Shown here in pieces: positions 36,068 to 47,444 of a DNA stretch of 64,000 nucleotides. Made by a program: the position numbers and the translations under genes. The stretch lies in sequence record NC_029091.1. The stretch is one strand, 5' to 3'. How positions within the stretch are numbered: the first letter of the stretch is position 1; every line of letters starts with the position of its first letter. This stretch comes from Escherichia phage APCEc01. Under the pieces are notes generated by a model. That model did no database searches. It had not been told where the DNA came from and worked only from the letters and a program-made list of their open reading frames with translations.

Positions 36068-38037
36068 TGTGAAATAGGCTCCAAATCTATAGTTAAGTAC
36101 TGAGGACGTAAGTCATTTTCGAATACGATTAAAGAACCATCCTTTGTAAAAATAATATCATCTGCAGGGTCGGAATAAAGTTCAATTGTTTGAACTTCAA
36201 AACGGTCTGAAGTGAGGTCAATTTTAGCAATGTTCCAATAAATCGAATCGGCAGGATAATTCACTTCACCAATTGAATAGTATTTGTTTCGTCCGTCAGT
36301 AACAGTAAGTTTATTAAAATCATTACCTGTATAAGGTTGTATATTTTCGTTTTCAACAACATCACCGTCCGCAAATGGACCAATAATAACTTGACCTATG
36401 CCACGGTCATTACGGTCAGAAGATACTATGCGAACACCATATTTAATAGTTTCGTTTGCATTTTCTGGATTAGGTCTGTGCGAATCAAACGAGAATATAT
36501 TAGATTCCATCGATCTATCTTTAATCTGATTATTGTATTTAATACCGGCCTCAGGCGTTTTATAGAAGTTTTGTACTTCGCGAACCATTTGAATAGTAGC
36601 TGAAGAACCAATAATAGAAATATCTGCATCATCGACATAAGTTAGCATTTTAGATTTTGCAAACGATGAGTTAAAAATTTCTACATCTTCAATATAATAT
36701 CGGTCAATTTTATTAATAATTTGCCCTTCAAGATATTGCTCTGATTCTTGAAGTTTATTCAACGCGTATGTAACTTTGATATTCATTTTGATAAACAAAT
36801 AATCAGGCGAAATAACAACAGGTGTAATAGTCCCTAAGTTATAATCATTCAAATAGTTTTTGATATCATCACGTTGGACAGAAGTCAAATACAATCCAGA
36901 TTTAGGCTTAGCAGCAATATATGCGTACCCTGGTTTAGATGAATCTGTGAATGTTTGAACCGCCTGAATAATAGAACCAAACCGCTCAGAAACGAATGTG
37001 TCATAGTCGGGAGCGGTTACACAACGTTGTTGAGTTTCGCGTTTAATTGTGCCTAATTCGCGGATACGTTCAATATCTTCAGGGTCACCACCGCCGTCGG
37101 CCCCAACAAAGTCTGGGTTATTGCTAGGGTTCTCATTAATATCTATTACCGTGATATTAGCTAATGTATCAGCATAAGAAAATCCTACAGCACCGTTAGC
37201 ATCTGCGCCATTAGTAGAAATATACTCAATTACGATTTTAGAACCCTGAACAGGTTTAAGGCCACCAATATAGTTAGATGTTAACGCACCTTCTGACGTG
37301 TTAATAGAGATTTCGCCTTCACCAAAATAAAATTCGGTGTTCCCATCAACTGTTTCACGCATATAATAGATTGTTGACGTAGAACCAGCGTGAACCATCG
37401 ACTTACGAGTCCAGTTAATCCATTCTGCTCCGTCAACATACAACTTAACCAAATTACGGTCAATATTCTTATCACGAATAATGATAGGTTTTAATCTATC
37501 AAATGTTAATTCAGTGCGAACAATACGTCCTTGAGCTAATCGAAGACGTGGAAAATATTGGTTATTTTTGTCTTTAACTACAATGACATCTTCAGTAGAA
37601 ACAAAGTTATACGGGTTAACAGAAGTATCTTTAGCGTATGCTAAGAAACGAGTGCCACGTGGAATGGTGATATAGTTTCTATTTAATGCATCTGTACATG
37701 TGAGCATAATTTCTGTTTGTGCTGCTGATTTAGATGAAGGCAGATATCCGTTATCTTGAGCCGCTTGTACAACAGAACTACGCAAGTTTGCAGTACGCAT
37801 AAAACTTTCATACACTGCACTATTACTGAACTGTTGGATGTAAAGAGTGTTATATGCTAAAAGGTCGCACAATACGTTTAAGCGTGAACCTTCAAAATCA
37901 TAATCAAGAAATTCATTCTGTCCATTGAGCCATTCGATAATGTTCTGTTTGATTTCGGCAAATGTGCCCCCGATAAAAATCTCGGGAATAGCATTCGCTG
38001 TTCGGGTTAATTGATAATTTACAGGAGTGTTTGCCAT
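36064..38037 (-). CDS. 6: gp6 baseplate wedge subunit
   Basis: T4 gp6 begins MANTPVNYQLTRTANAIPEIF; this is residue 20 of the track ORF, so start set at 38037 instead of 38094. Confidence 0.85.
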   Translation of the reverse strand: MANTPVNYQLTRTANAIPEIFIGGTFAEIKQNIIEWLNGQNEFLDYDFEGSRLNVLCDLLAYNTLYIQQFSNSAVYESFMRTANLRSSVVQAAQDNGYLPSSKSAAQTEIMLTCTDALNRNYITIPRGTRFLAYAKDTSVNPYNFVSTEDVIVVKDKNNQYFPRLRLAQGRIVRTELTFDRLKPIIIRDKNIDRNLVKLYVDGAEWINWTRKSMVHAGSTSTIYYMRETVDGNTEFYFGEGEISINTSEGALTSNYIGGLKPVQGSKIVIEYISTNGADANGAVGFSYADTLANITVIDINENPSNNPDFVGADGGGDPEDIERIRELGTIKRETQQRCVTAPDYDTFVSERFGSIIQAVQTFTDSSKPGYAYIAAKPKSGLYLTSVQRDDIKNYLNDYNLGTITPVVISPDYLFIKMNIKVTYALNKLQESEQYLEGQIINKIDRYYIEDVEIFNSSFAKSKMLTYVDDADISIIGSSATIQMVREVQNFYKTPEAGIKYNNQIKDRSMESNIFSFDSHRPNPENANETIKYGVRIVSSDRNDRGIGQVIIGPFADGDVVENENIQPYTGNDFNKLTVTDGRNKYYSIGEVNYPADSIYWNIAKIDLTSDRFEVQTIELYSDPADDIIFTKDGSLIVFENDLRPQYLTIDLEPISQ

Positions 38038-38045
38038 TTTAATTC

Positions 38046-38339
38046 CTATTTTATAAAGACTTTTGACGAGGCCTGAGAAACAGTATCCCCGCATGAAATT
38101 GGGTCAGCCATTTGAACGGCCTTTTTACCGGTGACGTATACTTTAGATGTACGAGGTTCAGTAACACCTCCATGAGTCTCGTATGGTTTTTTAATTTCTG
38201 TATGAGGTGTTATTTGGTCTCCTGCCACAAGAACAGGAATACCACCGGTGAACACTTTAGATTGGGAAGCATTTATTACAGTAGGAGGCCATGCTTCATG
38301 ACCTGTTGTAACACACTTGTCGTAACTTAAGCCAGACAT
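38046..38339 (-). CDS. 5.4: gp5.4 PAAR-repeat spike tip protein
   Basis: 97 aa from [11 protein letters not shown]...; matches T4 gp5.4 as recalled; the track ORF N-terminal extension is in frame but not used. Confidence 0.8.
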   Translation of the reverse strand: MSGLSYDKCVTTGHEAWPPTVINASQSKVFTGGIPVLVAGDQITPHTEIKKPYETHGGVTEPRTSKVYVTGKKAVQMADPISCGDTVSQASSKVFIK

Positions 38340-38341
38340 TT

Positions 38342-38857
38342 TCACGGCCTCACATAAACATAGTTTCGTAATTGATGAGCCCATTTGCTCCAATTTCCTA
38401 CTATAGTTTTTGTATAAACCTTAGTAAGAGTTTTTTGTACTGGAGCCGGTGGAGGTTCTGTACCAGAGTCACTTCTAGAACCGCCTGATGAACTTTCTTC
38501 TTGGTAGTTATAAATCATTTCAACCGTATAACTAAACACTTTACGAAGATTCTGAGGAGCTCTCCACAAATATAACTGTGTGGACTCATCTTTTGGTAAA
38601 TCATCCCATGAAGATGCGGTTTCAAAATCATCATTTAATCGGTATTTCAATGCGTCCGAAGAAAAGCTAAACACACTTTCATATGTTCCATATAAACGAT
38701 TACCATCTACCGTAATGCCTTGTGTCGGTTCATAATCTGTTATATTTATTGACACTAAAGTTTCGGTTGTTTCTAACTGTGGAGTAAAAAGGGCGTCTAT
38801 TGACGCCCCTTCCATGTCTTCTCCTAAGTCGGTATTTAAAGGAAGTATTTGTGCCAT
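38342..38857 (-). CDS. hypothetical protein (gp5.1 position)
   Basis: 171 aa between gene 5 and 5.4. Confidence 0.55.
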   Translation of the reverse strand: MAQILPLNTDLGEDMEGASIDALFTPQLETTETLVSINITDYEPTQGITVDGNRLYGTYESVFSFSSDALKYRLNDDFETASSWDDLPKDESTQLYLWRAPQNLRKVFSYTVEMIYNYQEESSSGGSRSDSGTEPPPAPVQKTLTKVYTKTIVGNWSKWAHQLRNYVYVRP

Positions 38858-38860
38858 ATA

Positions 38861-40594
38861 TTACCCAATATCAATACGAGATCCGTCAACAGTGTATTGT
38901 CCTGAAGCTACTGAGCTCATTGTAGACATTGTTTCTGCCCAATCCCCGGCAACAGTCATATCAACATTACCATTAACAGTCCATTTAACGTTTCCGTTGA
39001 CGGTGTAATCATGATTCCCTTCGACCTGAGTTTTTGCATCACCTTTAACAAGAATATCTGCATTTCCGTCAACAACTATTTTGATATTACCCTTAACGTA
39101 AAGAGTTCCATCGCCTTCAACAGTTTTAGATTGATTACCACGAATAAAGATTGTGTCATTGCCGTCTATTTGATGGAGGCGGTCTGCCATGTTATAATAT
39201 ATTTCATTAGCACCAACGTTAACAAGCTTATCGCCAGAAATCAAAAAGTTCCCATCGCCATTAGTGATGTCAAAAAGGTCTTCTACAGTTTTACGAGTAC
39301 GACGCCCAGACGGAGAAACTTCCTCATATGACCCTGTTGGATGAACTAAGCGATAACGTTCATTACCTGGAGTATCGTCAAATTCTTGGATATGACCGCT
39401 TTCTGTTTCCATAGCATGAACGTATGGATACTCACCACGATAACTTGATTCCGGTTCTTTAAAAAGGATGCGTGAATCTAATGGAACAGGAGGACCAGCT
39501 GGGTCTTCTGGATCGGTATTTCTAGTAACTAAATCGGCACCAACTCCTGGTGAAGGCGGCGTTTTAACAGGAACACCATATGATTCCATGTTACCGGTTA
39601 AAATAATTGTTGTTACACGTGAAGCGCGTCCTTTAGTCTGTTGGAACCATAATGAATCGCGTCCAGATTTGTATGCAGTTTTCCAATCGCCTGCGGCCAT
39701 TGCTTTAAGCATAGTATTGAATTTTGCTACACCACCAACGCCCATTTGGAAACACATGTTTTCTAATGCCATTTGACGAGACCTGTTCATTTTAGCATAA
39801 ACAGGACCTACTTTAGAATTAGAACGAATGTCTTTCTGCATCTTAGCAAGGTCTTTCTCAAATAACGCTGTTGCTTCTTCTAATGTAATAGTTCCCGGAT
39901 TTCCTGTTACTTCACGCCCTACTTGATCGGATAACAATTTATTAATTCGAGACATATCTCGGGTCTTTTCCATTACGATAAGGTGTCCAATACCTACGGT
40001 AGGATATCCGAGATGGTCCCAATACACTTTATCACGAAGACCTTCGTCACGACGTAACATTTCTGTTATTGTAAAATTAGGGTCATCATCTTCTGGAATA
40101 TTTGCTAAATCTGTATCATCTGGGTTTATACCATAATCCAAGTTGTTATCTTGAATTACGTTAGAGTTTGAATAATAACCAGCTTCACCACCTTGGTTTA
40201 ATACGTTCGTATCATTACCTAAACGTCGTGGATACTGGCCTGTCGGGTCTGAAAAACCTTCAAGTCTATTAGGCTTTTCACGTACGATTCCACCGTATGT
40301 ACCAAGTACAATCCCGTTTGTTTTCCATTTGTCTAAGAAATGACCATATACTCGAGTTCCTTCAACAGGACCTGTAACAGAACCACCAATACCTGACATT
40401 GATGCAGACGTAATAGGTTGAATAACAGTCATCCATGGAAGTTTTTCTGTAGGAATACCTTGTACATCACCTTGTGCTCTCTGTGCTGGATGAAGACCAA
40501 CGACTCGAACTCGAACTCGCCCTTGTTTTAATGGGTCCATTCTGTCCTCGACAACACCCACGAACCAATTAAGGCTACTGCTAATCATTTCCAT
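38861..40594 (-). CDS. 5: gp5 baseplate hub subunit with tail lysozyme and C-terminal beta-helix
   Basis: 577 aa; lysozyme-like middle domain; C-terminal V-x-G-N/D octapeptide repeats (VKGDAKTQVEGNHDYTVNGNVKWTVNGNVDMTVAGDW). Confidence 0.9.
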   Translation of the reverse strand: MEMISSSLNWFVGVVEDRMDPLKQGRVRVRVVGLHPAQRAQGDVQGIPTEKLPWMTVIQPITSASMSGIGGSVTGPVEGTRVYGHFLDKWKTNGIVLGTYGGIVREKPNRLEGFSDPTGQYPRRLGNDTNVLNQGGEAGYYSNSNVIQDNNLDYGINPDDTDLANIPEDDDPNFTITEMLRRDEGLRDKVYWDHLGYPTVGIGHLIVMEKTRDMSRINKLLSDQVGREVTGNPGTITLEEATALFEKDLAKMQKDIRSNSKVGPVYAKMNRSRQMALENMCFQMGVGGVAKFNTMLKAMAAGDWKTAYKSGRDSLWFQQTKGRASRVTTIILTGNMESYGVPVKTPPSPGVGADLVTRNTDPEDPAGPPVPLDSRILFKEPESSYRGEYPYVHAMETESGHIQEFDDTPGNERYRLVHPTGSYEEVSPSGRRTRKTVEDLFDITNGDGNFLISGDKLVNVGANEIYYNMADRLHQIDGNDTIFIRGNQSKTVEGDGTLYVKGNIKIVVDGNADILVKGDAKTQVEGNHDYTVNGNVKWTVNGNVDMTVAGDWAETMSTMSSVASGQYTVDGSRIDIG

Positions 40595-41169
40595 TATGCA
40601 ATCTCCATCTCACGAATCAAATCAGTAATAAACGAGTTTATATCTTCTTTTGCAACAATTTTTATTTTACGAAGTTTTTCGTTATCTAATACAGCCGCTT
40701 CATAAATATCTACTGCAGCTAAAGGTCCTTTATATTGCGGATACTTACGAGCTTCATCACCTTTATCGTACCACACTAAAGGCTCGTCAGGATATGAAAC
40801 TAAATTGTAAAATTTCTCACGGTTCTCGTTAATATGATAAAGAATTTGGTCGCCGCCTGCATTAGCATATTTCTGAATAGAAGCTTGATACGCTGCTTCC
40901 TGAGATGTAATCCAACCATAATACGGGTCGTAGTTGTCATTACACATCAAAAGGACCCAGTATAATTGAGGGTTGCCATAAATGATATTCGCTAGTTCTT
41001 CAGGACGCGGAGAGCCTTTAATATAATAAGAACGTAATCTATAATTGGCAGCAACACGCTTAAAGTACTCTTTATAGTTACGAAATATGTCTGTCATAGG
41101 AATAGTAGGTGCATTCTTATCAACTGTTTTAGCACTATATCCTATTGGGTCGAAGAATGTAAATAACAA
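40594..41169 (-). CDS. 53: gp53 baseplate wedge subunit
   Basis: 191 aa, synteny next to gene 5. Confidence 0.8.
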   Translation of the reverse strand: MLFTFFDPIGYSAKTVDKNAPTIPMTDIFRNYKEYFKRVAANYRLRSYYIKGSPRPEELANIIYGNPQLYWVLLMCNDNYDPYYGWITSQEAAYQASIQKYANAGGDQILYHINENREKFYNLVSYPDEPLVWYDKGDEARKYPQYKGPLAAVDIYEAAVLDNEKLRKIKIVAKEDINSFITDLIREMEIA

Positions 41170-41196
41170 GATAGTCTCCTTCCAATATGAAATTGG

Positions 41197-41219
41197 TATA
41201 AATAATAATACTATTTATA
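41197..41219. promoter_or_regulatory. divergent late promoters (TATAAATA on plus for gene 4, on minus for gene 53)
   Basis: plus-strand TATAAATA at 41197-41204 and TATTTATA at 41212-41219. Confidence 0.5.
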
Positions 41220-41230
41220 AGGAGGACAAC

Positions 41231-41680
41231 ATGGCCTACTCTGGTAAATGGGTCCCAAAAAATTTAAAAAAATACCGTGGAGACCATACCAAAATAACGT
41301 ATCGTTCAAACTGGGAAAAATTCTTTTTCGAATGGTTGGATAAAAATCCAGAAATTATTGCATGGGGTAGTGAAACAGCAGTAATTCCATATTTTTGTAA
41401 TGCTGAAGGTAAGAAACGTCGATACTATATGGACATATGGATGAAAGATGCATCAGGTCAAGAGTTCTTTGTAGAAATAAAACCAAAGAAAGAAACTCAG
41501 CCACCTATTAAACCGGTGAATCTTACAACTGCGGCTAAGAAACGTTATATGAATGAAATCTACACGTGGTCTGTGAACTGTGACAAATGGAAAGCTGCCT
41601 CAGCTGTTGCTGAAAAGAGAAATATAAAATTTCGAGTTCTAACCGAAGATGGTCTTAGAAAACTCGGATACAAGGGGTAA
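41231..41680 (+). CDS. 4: gp4 head completion protein
   Basis: 149 aa from [18 protein letters not shown]...; matches T4 gp4 as recalled; SD AGGAGG. Confidence 0.85.
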   Translation: MAYSGKWVPKNLKKYRGDHTKITYRSNWEKFFFEWLDKNPEIIAWGSETAVIPYFCNAEGKKRRYYMDIWMKDASGQEFFVEIKPKKETQPPIKPVNLTTAAKKRYMNEIYTWSVNCDKWKAASAVAEKRNIKFRVLTEDGLRKLGYKG

Positions 41681-41682
41681 TT

Positions 41683-42504
41683 ATGAGCATATTCCAAATT
41701 ATATCTGAAGGCGTACAAGCCCCTAAGATTGCTCAGTCTATGAATGAAAGAAAATGGATTGAGATAGGATTAGAATACAAGAAAGCTAAAGAGAAAGGAA
41801 TCACTGCAAAAGCATTTGCAGAATCAAAAGGAATAAAATACTCGTCGTTTACATCTGCAATGTCTAGATATGCATCATCTATTAAGACTGCACAGAAAAT
41901 TGAAACGCTTGAATCTAAACCTAAAAATAAACTCAATAAGCAAGAACGTCAACTTCTGATGATAAACTCGTTTCGCAGTTCAATACGAGAAAAGATTAGA
42001 AATGAAGGCGCAGCAGTAAACAACAAATCATCTAAGTGGTTTGTTGAAACAATTAAAAAAAGTGTAAAAGGTCATAAAGTAGTCAAGCCTACGCCAGGCA
42101 AAATTTATACTTACGTGTATGATGCTAAACATAAAGATACTCTGCCATACTGGGACCGATATCCTTTGATTATTTATTTAGGATTAGGTAAACATAATTT
42201 GATGTATGGGTTAAACTTGCACTATATCCCACCTAAAGCACGTCAACAGTTTCTTGAAGAATTGCTGAAGCAATATGCTAGCACAACTACTATTACTAAT
42301 AACACAAAGTTGAAGATAGACTGGAGCAAGGTGAAAGGATTTCAAGGTGCTGACAAAATGATTAAAGCATACCTGCCAGGCCACATTAGAGGAACAATAA
42401 CAGAAATAGCTCCTAAAGACTGGGCTAACATAATCATGTTACCTACTCAGCAGTTTATGTCAAAAGGAAAACGTTTCTCTGCGAATACTGTTTGGAAATC
42501 TTAA
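41683..42504 (+). CDS. 2: gp2 DNA end protector
   Basis: 273 aa, size and position as T4 gp2. Confidence 0.8.
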   Translation: MSIFQIISEGVQAPKIAQSMNERKWIEIGLEYKKAKEKGITAKAFAESKGIKYSSFTSAMSRYASSIKTAQKIETLESKPKNKLNKQERQLLMINSFRSSIREKIRNEGAAVNNKSSKWFVETIKKSVKGHKVVKPTPGKIYTYVYDAKHKDTLPYWDRYPLIIYLGLGKHNLMYGLNLHYIPPKARQQFLEELLKQYASTTTITNNTKLKIDWSKVKGFQGADKMIKAYLPGHIRGTITEIAPKDWANIIMLPTQQFMSKGKRFSANTVWKS

Positions 42505-42606
42505 TTCTATTCTCTTCCGTTCTTCTGATATTCTGTTGAACCGGATTAATGGAAGAGACCTAAAACCATTATACTGCATTTTTATTAAAGCGTTTTTGAG
42601 GTGCTT

Positions 42607-43191
42607 ATGACTCGTCCAACGAGACAGATTTTTAACCAAACAAATATAACAAACTTTGTTGTGGATATCCCAGATAGTACACGAACTTCAGGTTTTGTGC
42701 TCAATGCCCAAACAGCTCCATTGCCAGGTGTGAGAATTCCTGTTGTTGAAACTGTGACAGGCACAATGGGGTTAGGACGTGCAATGCGTGCAGGCACCAC
42801 ATTTGAATACGACCCTTTTGTTGTACGATTTATAGTTGATGAAGACATGACGTCCTGGATGAACATGTATAAATGGATGCTCAGCACTAATAACTATATA
42901 ACCGGACATAATACGGCCCACTCCGATGGTCCTGAGTTTGTTACTTTGCACATTTTAAACAACAATAAGACTGAAGTAGTTTTGACGGCGAATTTCTATA
43001 AACCATGGATTTCTGATTTGAGTGAAATTGAATTTAGTTACACCGAAGACTCTGACCCTGCCGTTACGTGCGTAGCAACTATTCACTATGCGTACATGAC
43101 GATAGAAAAGGATGGTGAAGTCATTGTATCTCAACAACCACGTCAAGCAGTCGAATCTAAATCCATTTCTAGACACCCTTCCTTGCGTTAA
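42607..43191 (+). CDS. 3: gp3 tail completion / sheath stabiliser
   Basis: first ATG at 42607 (MTRPTRQIF...); track start 42601 is a GTG. Confidence 0.75.
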   Translation: MTRPTRQIFNQTNITNFVVDIPDSTRTSGFVLNAQTAPLPGVRIPVVETVTGTMGLGRAMRAGTTFEYDPFVVRFIVDEDMTSWMNMYKWMLSTNNYITGHNTAHSDGPEFVTLHILNNNKTEVVLTANFYKPWISDLSEIEFSYTEDSDPAVTCVATIHYAYMTIEKDGEVIVSQQPRQAVESKSISRHPSLR

Positions 43192-43244
43192 TCGCTTCTA
43201 GCTCCGTATGTTATAATCACTCATAAATTATATGAGGAAAACCT

Positions 43245-43979
43245 ATGGAGCTAATCTTTTTAAGTGGCATCAAACGTAGTGGTAAAGACACCACTGCTGA
43301 TTACATCAATTCAAACTTTAAATCCGTAAAATACCAATTAGCATATCCAATTAAAGACGCTCTAGCAATAGCCTGGGGACGTAGGCATGCTGAAAATCCT
43401 GATGTATTCACAGAGTTGAAATACGAATACTTTGAAGGCATTGGATACGACCGTGAAACACCATTAAATCTCAATAAGTTGGATGTTATTGAATTATTGG
43501 AAGAAGCGCTAATTTATTTGCAAAGTCAATATTTACCGATTAATAATGTTAAAGTATTATCATCGTTAGAAGGTGGATATTCGTATCTAGATATTAAACC
43601 ATATGAAGCCCTGCGTGAAGCTATAAATAATATCAACGACACATGGTCAATCCGCCGTCTTATGCAAGCCCTCGGTACGGATGTTGTCGTTAATTTATTT
43701 GACCGTATGTATTGGGTTAAACTTTTTGCATTAAACTATATGGATTATATTGGAAGTGATTTCGATTACTATGTTGTGACCGATACACGCCAAGTCCATG
43801 AAATGGAAACCGCTAGAGCGATGGGTGCTACAGTTATTCATGTGGTTCGCTCTGGTACGGAATCCACCGATAAACATATTACAGAAGCTGGGTTGCCTAT
43901 TGAAGAAGGCGATTTAGTTATTACAAACGACGGCTCTTTAGAAGAGCTTTATTCTAAAATTGAAACAATCTTAAGGTAA
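43245..43979 (+). CDS. 1: gp1 deoxynucleoside monophosphate kinase
   Basis: 244 aa; P-loop GIKRSGKDT; size and position as T4 gp1. Confidence 0.85.
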   Translation: MELIFLSGIKRSGKDTTADYINSNFKSVKYQLAYPIKDALAIAWGRRHAENPDVFTELKYEYFEGIGYDRETPLNLNKLDVIELLEEALIYLQSQYLPINNVKVLSSLEGGYSYLDIKPYEALREAINNINDTWSIRRLMQALGTDVVVNLFDRMYWVKLFALNYMDYIGSDFDYYVVTDTRQVHEMETARAMGATVIHVVRSGTESTDKHITEAGLPIEEGDLVITNDGSLEELYSKIETILR

Positions 43980-43983
43980 TAAA

Positions 43984-44669
<686 letters not shown>

Positions 44670-44682
44670 TTTTCACAAAACA

Positions 44683-44712
44683 GTTTACATAAAGATGATG
44701 GTGTGTTACTAT
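44683..44712 (+). promoter_or_regulatory. early promoter (GTTTAC, 18 nt, TACTAT); upstream 26 bp identical to 53125-53150
   Basis: aaataattttcacaaaacagtttaca shared with the promoter at 53143. Confidence 0.55.
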
Positions 44713-44746
44713 CATCCTATCAAATAAACAGCCTCAAGGAAATAAA

Positions 44747-45034
44747 ATGAAATCCTATAAAGAATTTATATCACCTTTTGCTAACGTTTCTACTCTGACC
44801 GAAGCAACCCTTACTTCCGAAGTTATTAAAGCAAATAAAGGACGTGAGGGTAAACCAATGATTAGCCTGGTTGACGGCGAAGAAGTAAAAGGTACTGTTT
44901 ACTTAGGGGATGGATGGTCTGCTAAGAAAGACGGCGCTACTATTGTTATCTCTCCGGCCGAAGAGACTGCACTGTTTAAAGCTAAGCATATTTCTGTAGC
45001 TCAGCTTAAAATTATTGCAAAAACTCTTCTGTAA
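44747..45034 (+). CDS. ipI: internal protein I-like, capsid targeting sequence MKSYKEFI
   Basis: 95 aa (T4 IpI size), N-terminal CTS resembling T4 consensus MKTYQEFIAE, position next to 57B. Confidence 0.6.
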   Translation: MKSYKEFISPFANVSTLTEATLTSEVIKANKGREGKPMISLVDGEEVKGTVYLGDGWSAKKDGATIVISPAEETALFKAKHISVAQLKIIAKTLL

Positions 45035-45037
45035 GTA

Positions 45038-45086
45038 GTTTACATGCTGATAGGACTATGTTATAGTAGTCCTATCAAAACAAATG
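45038..45086 (+). promoter_or_regulatory. early promoter embedded in stem-loop (PeSL-like cassette, copy A)
   Basis: GTTTAC, 17 nt, TTATAG inside 9-bp inverted repeat ATAGGACTA/TAGTCCTAT; near-identical copies at 51859 and 53423. Confidence 0.6.
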
Positions 45087-45104
45087 AGTAAATGGAGAAA
45101 TAAA

Positions 45105-45290
45105 ATGAAACGCGCTGAACTGATTCGTAATGTTGCTGTAGTAATTGCTTCAATGGCTTTTAGTTTTTCGATGTTTGTAGGATTCATTTGCGGACTACTG
45201 ACAACAACTGAAAATTCTATCTCATTGGTAGTAGCATTTCTAATCGGTTTAATCGCTATCGTTATGGATAAAATTGCAAAAGGTGAGTAA
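45105..45290 (+). CDS. small membrane protein (61 aa, two predicted TM helices)
   Basis: start chosen at ATG with SD GGAG; hydrophobic stretches VAVVIASMAFSFSMFVGFICGLL and LVVAFLIGLIAIVM. Confidence 0.5.
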   Translation: MKRAELIRNVAVVIASMAFSFSMFVGFICGLLTTTENSISLVVAFLIGLIAIVMDKIAKGE

Positions 45291-45291
45291 A

Positions 45292-45654
45292 ATGAAATAT
45301 CACGTATATGCGGATTTTGAAGCAAATCCTTCTAAAGACCCTGATTGTCGTTTGATACGCAAACCATTTGATTCAGCAGCTCAAGCATGGACTTGGATTA
45401 AATCTAAATCGCCTGGTTATATGTTCTTTGAAGTAGTCGATGACAATGGTACACTGCATCCAGAACCTACAGAAACTATTAATTTCCTTCTGTTTGCTGG
45501 TTACGACTGTTATCCTCTTGGTGGTATTGATGATCTTGTTGCTACAGGAAAAACTGTTGAGGCTCTTCGCGAAATTTATAAAAACGCAGAAGAAAATTTT
45601 GACTGGTACCAGATTGTCAGTGCACATACTTTTGAAGTGGTGGAACACTCATGA
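45292..45654 (+). CDS. hypothetical protein (120 aa)
   Basis: ORF with SD GGTGAG upstream of MKYHVYADF. Confidence 0.5.
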   Translation: MKYHVYADFEANPSKDPDCRLIRKPFDSAAQAWTWIKSKSPGYMFFEVVDDNGTLHPEPTETINFLLFAGYDCYPLGGIDDLVATGKTVEALREIYKNAEENFDWYQIVSAHTFEVVEHS

Positions 45655-45941
45655 TTCTTTACGCTAAAGTAAAATCTGTCGAGAACGGATATGAAAGCGA
45701 TCAACGTGCAGCTAAAGCACTAGTCGATGACTATGGTATTTTGACTAATTTTGAAGTTGAAAAGGTTTATATCGACCGTTCATCTTCGCAAGTTAAATTA
45801 CTCTGTGAAGATGATAAATTTAACACAGTTAACTTTGATTTCTTTATTGAAACAGAAAAAGGCCCTCTTGAATATGATATTTTCAAGAATCCTTTGAAAT
45901 TACGTTGCATTGAATATAATTACATTAATATGGTACGGTGA
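45651..45941 (+). CDS. hypothetical protein (96 aa)
   Basis: ORF with ATGA overlap to upstream gene. Confidence 0.5.
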   Translation: MILYAKVKSVENGYESDQRAAKALVDDYGILTNFEVEKVYIDRSSSQVKLLCEDDKFNTVNFDFFIETEKGPLEYDIFKNPLKLRCIEYNYINMVR

Positions 45942-45945
45942 GTAA

Positions 45946-46461
45946 ATGAATATTTGTTTAGGCAGTACAATTCCTAAGGGTTACGTAATTGATGTCACTA
46001 CTTGGGAAAATGACGGCGACAACTATAAAACTAAAACGTTGTTTGGTGTAGAAGAGCATGAGCTCCAACAGTTTAAATATCTCTTGAAGAAATTTAAGAG
46101 TCGTCATTCCAGCACTAAAGCTGAACGTTACTGTGGTAATACACCATTCAGTGATTGCTCGCTTTTAATCTATGAATACTTGGTTGAAGGACTGTTCTCA
46201 GACCAGCTTTATCCAGAATTCATTAAAAAGGTCTTTGGTATTGAAGTCGACCTTGGTAATAAATCTGAAGAAGACGAATCGCGTGTATTTGACCTGTTCC
46301 ATGAGAATGGATATTTAGTATCAGAAGGTCTCATTGATATTCTTGGCCATGCTTCTGAATATTATGATTATGATTTCTTGCGTGTAGTTGAATGTGTTGA
46401 ATTTGCTTATATTGAAGAAGAAATCGTTTTGCCGACTGTTAAAATGATTGATTTGCTTTAA
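45946..46461 (+). CDS. hypothetical protein (171 aa)
   Basis: ORF in early operon. Confidence 0.5.
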   Translation: MNICLGSTIPKGYVIDVTTWENDGDNYKTKTLFGVEEHELQQFKYLLKKFKSRHSSTKAERYCGNTPFSDCSLLIYEYLVEGLFSDQLYPEFIKKVFGIEVDLGNKSEEDESRVFDLFHENGYLVSEGLIDILGHASEYYDYDFLRVVECVEFAYIEEEIVLPTVKMIDLL

Positions 46462-46540
46462 GAATTATGTGTTATTATTAATTCATACCCTCTATTACCA
46501 AAGGTGCTCTAAAGTGCCTTTCATAATAGAAAGTTATTTA

Positions 46541-46614
46541 GGCCCTGTAGCTCAATGGTTAGCAGCAGTCCCCTCATAAGGGAAAGGTTACCAGTTCGAA
46601 TCTGGTCTGGGTCA
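46541..46614 (+). tRNA. tRNA with CAU anticodon (Met or lysidine-modified Ile)
   Basis: cloverleaf: acceptor GGCCCTG/CTGGGTC, anticodon loop CTCATAA, T-arm ACCAG-TTCGAAT-CTGGT; D-stem imperfect. Confidence 0.6.
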
Positions 46615-46620
46615 TATATT

Positions 46621-46697
<77 letters not shown>

Positions 46698-46715
46698 ACT
46701 TTAAGTGAGGAAAAT

Positions 46716-47060
46716 ATGAAAGGTAATATTTATCTGGTAGTTCATGATTTAACGTTTTATTTTAATGAACAGGATACAGTTATTTCCGACCGGTTGATTA
46801 ATTCGTTATATCAACACGCTGATTACGTTTATTTCCAAAATGAATTTGGCCATTGGAAGTTTCTTAAAAACCGTTCCGGGTTAACTAGTTTTGAATACTT
46901 TGACCGTAAAGACCTTTTAAACGAAATTCCATTACAACATCGGTTCCAGAAACGCGAATCACTATACTATTGTCGTCATATACCAAATGCTGAATGTGTT
47001 TATGAAGCGATTAATCTATGGCGTCGGCGTCGAGAGCAAATTGATGATATGCCAAAATAA
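46716..47060 (+). CDS. hypothetical protein (114 aa)
   Basis: start at ATG with SD GAGGA downstream of the tRNAs; the track ORF start lies inside the tRNA. Confidence 0.5.
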   Translation: MKGNIYLVVHDLTFYFNEQDTVISDRLINSLYQHADYVYFQNEFGHWKFLKNRSGLTSFEYFDRKDLLNEIPLQHRFQKRESLYYCRHIPNAECVYEAINLWRRRREQIDDMPK

Positions 47061-47064
47061 GAAG

Positions 47065-47372
47065 CCGGGTCGCTACCGGCAAGTCGTCGGACTGATGTTC
47101 CCTGAGTAAGGACTGGTCTTAATAAATCTTTACGATTTGTTAATATCCCCTTACATCACAGCAGAAACGGCGCACAGAATTATCGATTCGAGGAAATATC
47201 TTTGTCGTAAGCCGAGTAGCGTTTTTGACGGAACGTTCGGATATGGTCGAGATATGGCCTTTTAAAAATATTGAGTAGCGTCAACTGCTTAATAACCGGG
47301 TTCGAATCCCGGCGTTTCGTACAAACACTTGCCTTAGCAGGTGGAACCCCGACAAGGTTGCCGCAAGGCTTA
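47065..47372 (+). ncRNA. putative small stable RNA region (position of T4 rnaC/rnaD species 1 and 2 RNAs)
   Basis: about 300 nt with no plausible plus-strand ORF, tRNA-like T-arm CCGGG-TTCGAAT-CCCGG at about 47287, ends at a terminator. Confidence 0.3.
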
Positions 47373-47400
47373 GCCCCTTCCGAAAGGTCGGGGCTTTTTG
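47373..47400 (+). terminator. rho-independent terminator
   Basis: GCCCCttccgaaaggtcGGGGC followed by TTTTTGG; same motif family as 47916 and 63611. Confidence 0.6.
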
Positions 47401-47444
47401 GCATAATAATAAATAGATAAGTTAATTAACTTAGGAAAAGCAAC

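Noticed and set aside
38038-38094. N-terminal 19-codon extension of the gene 6 ORF (and similar extension of gp5.4 at 38340-38393)
   Set aside because: T4 gp6 and gp5.4 begin at the internal Met (MANTPVNY..., MSGLSYDK...); the extensions run into the upstream gene.
47270-47320. Possible third tRNA suggested by a GGTTCGAATCC-type T-arm
   Set aside because: I could not build a matching acceptor stem or anticodon arm by hand; kept as tRNA-like element within the putative ncRNA region.
47180-47404. Minus-strand 74-aa ORF in the post-tRNA region
   Set aside because: Spans a terminator hairpin and a tRNA-like element; the region is more likely a stable RNA locus than coding.
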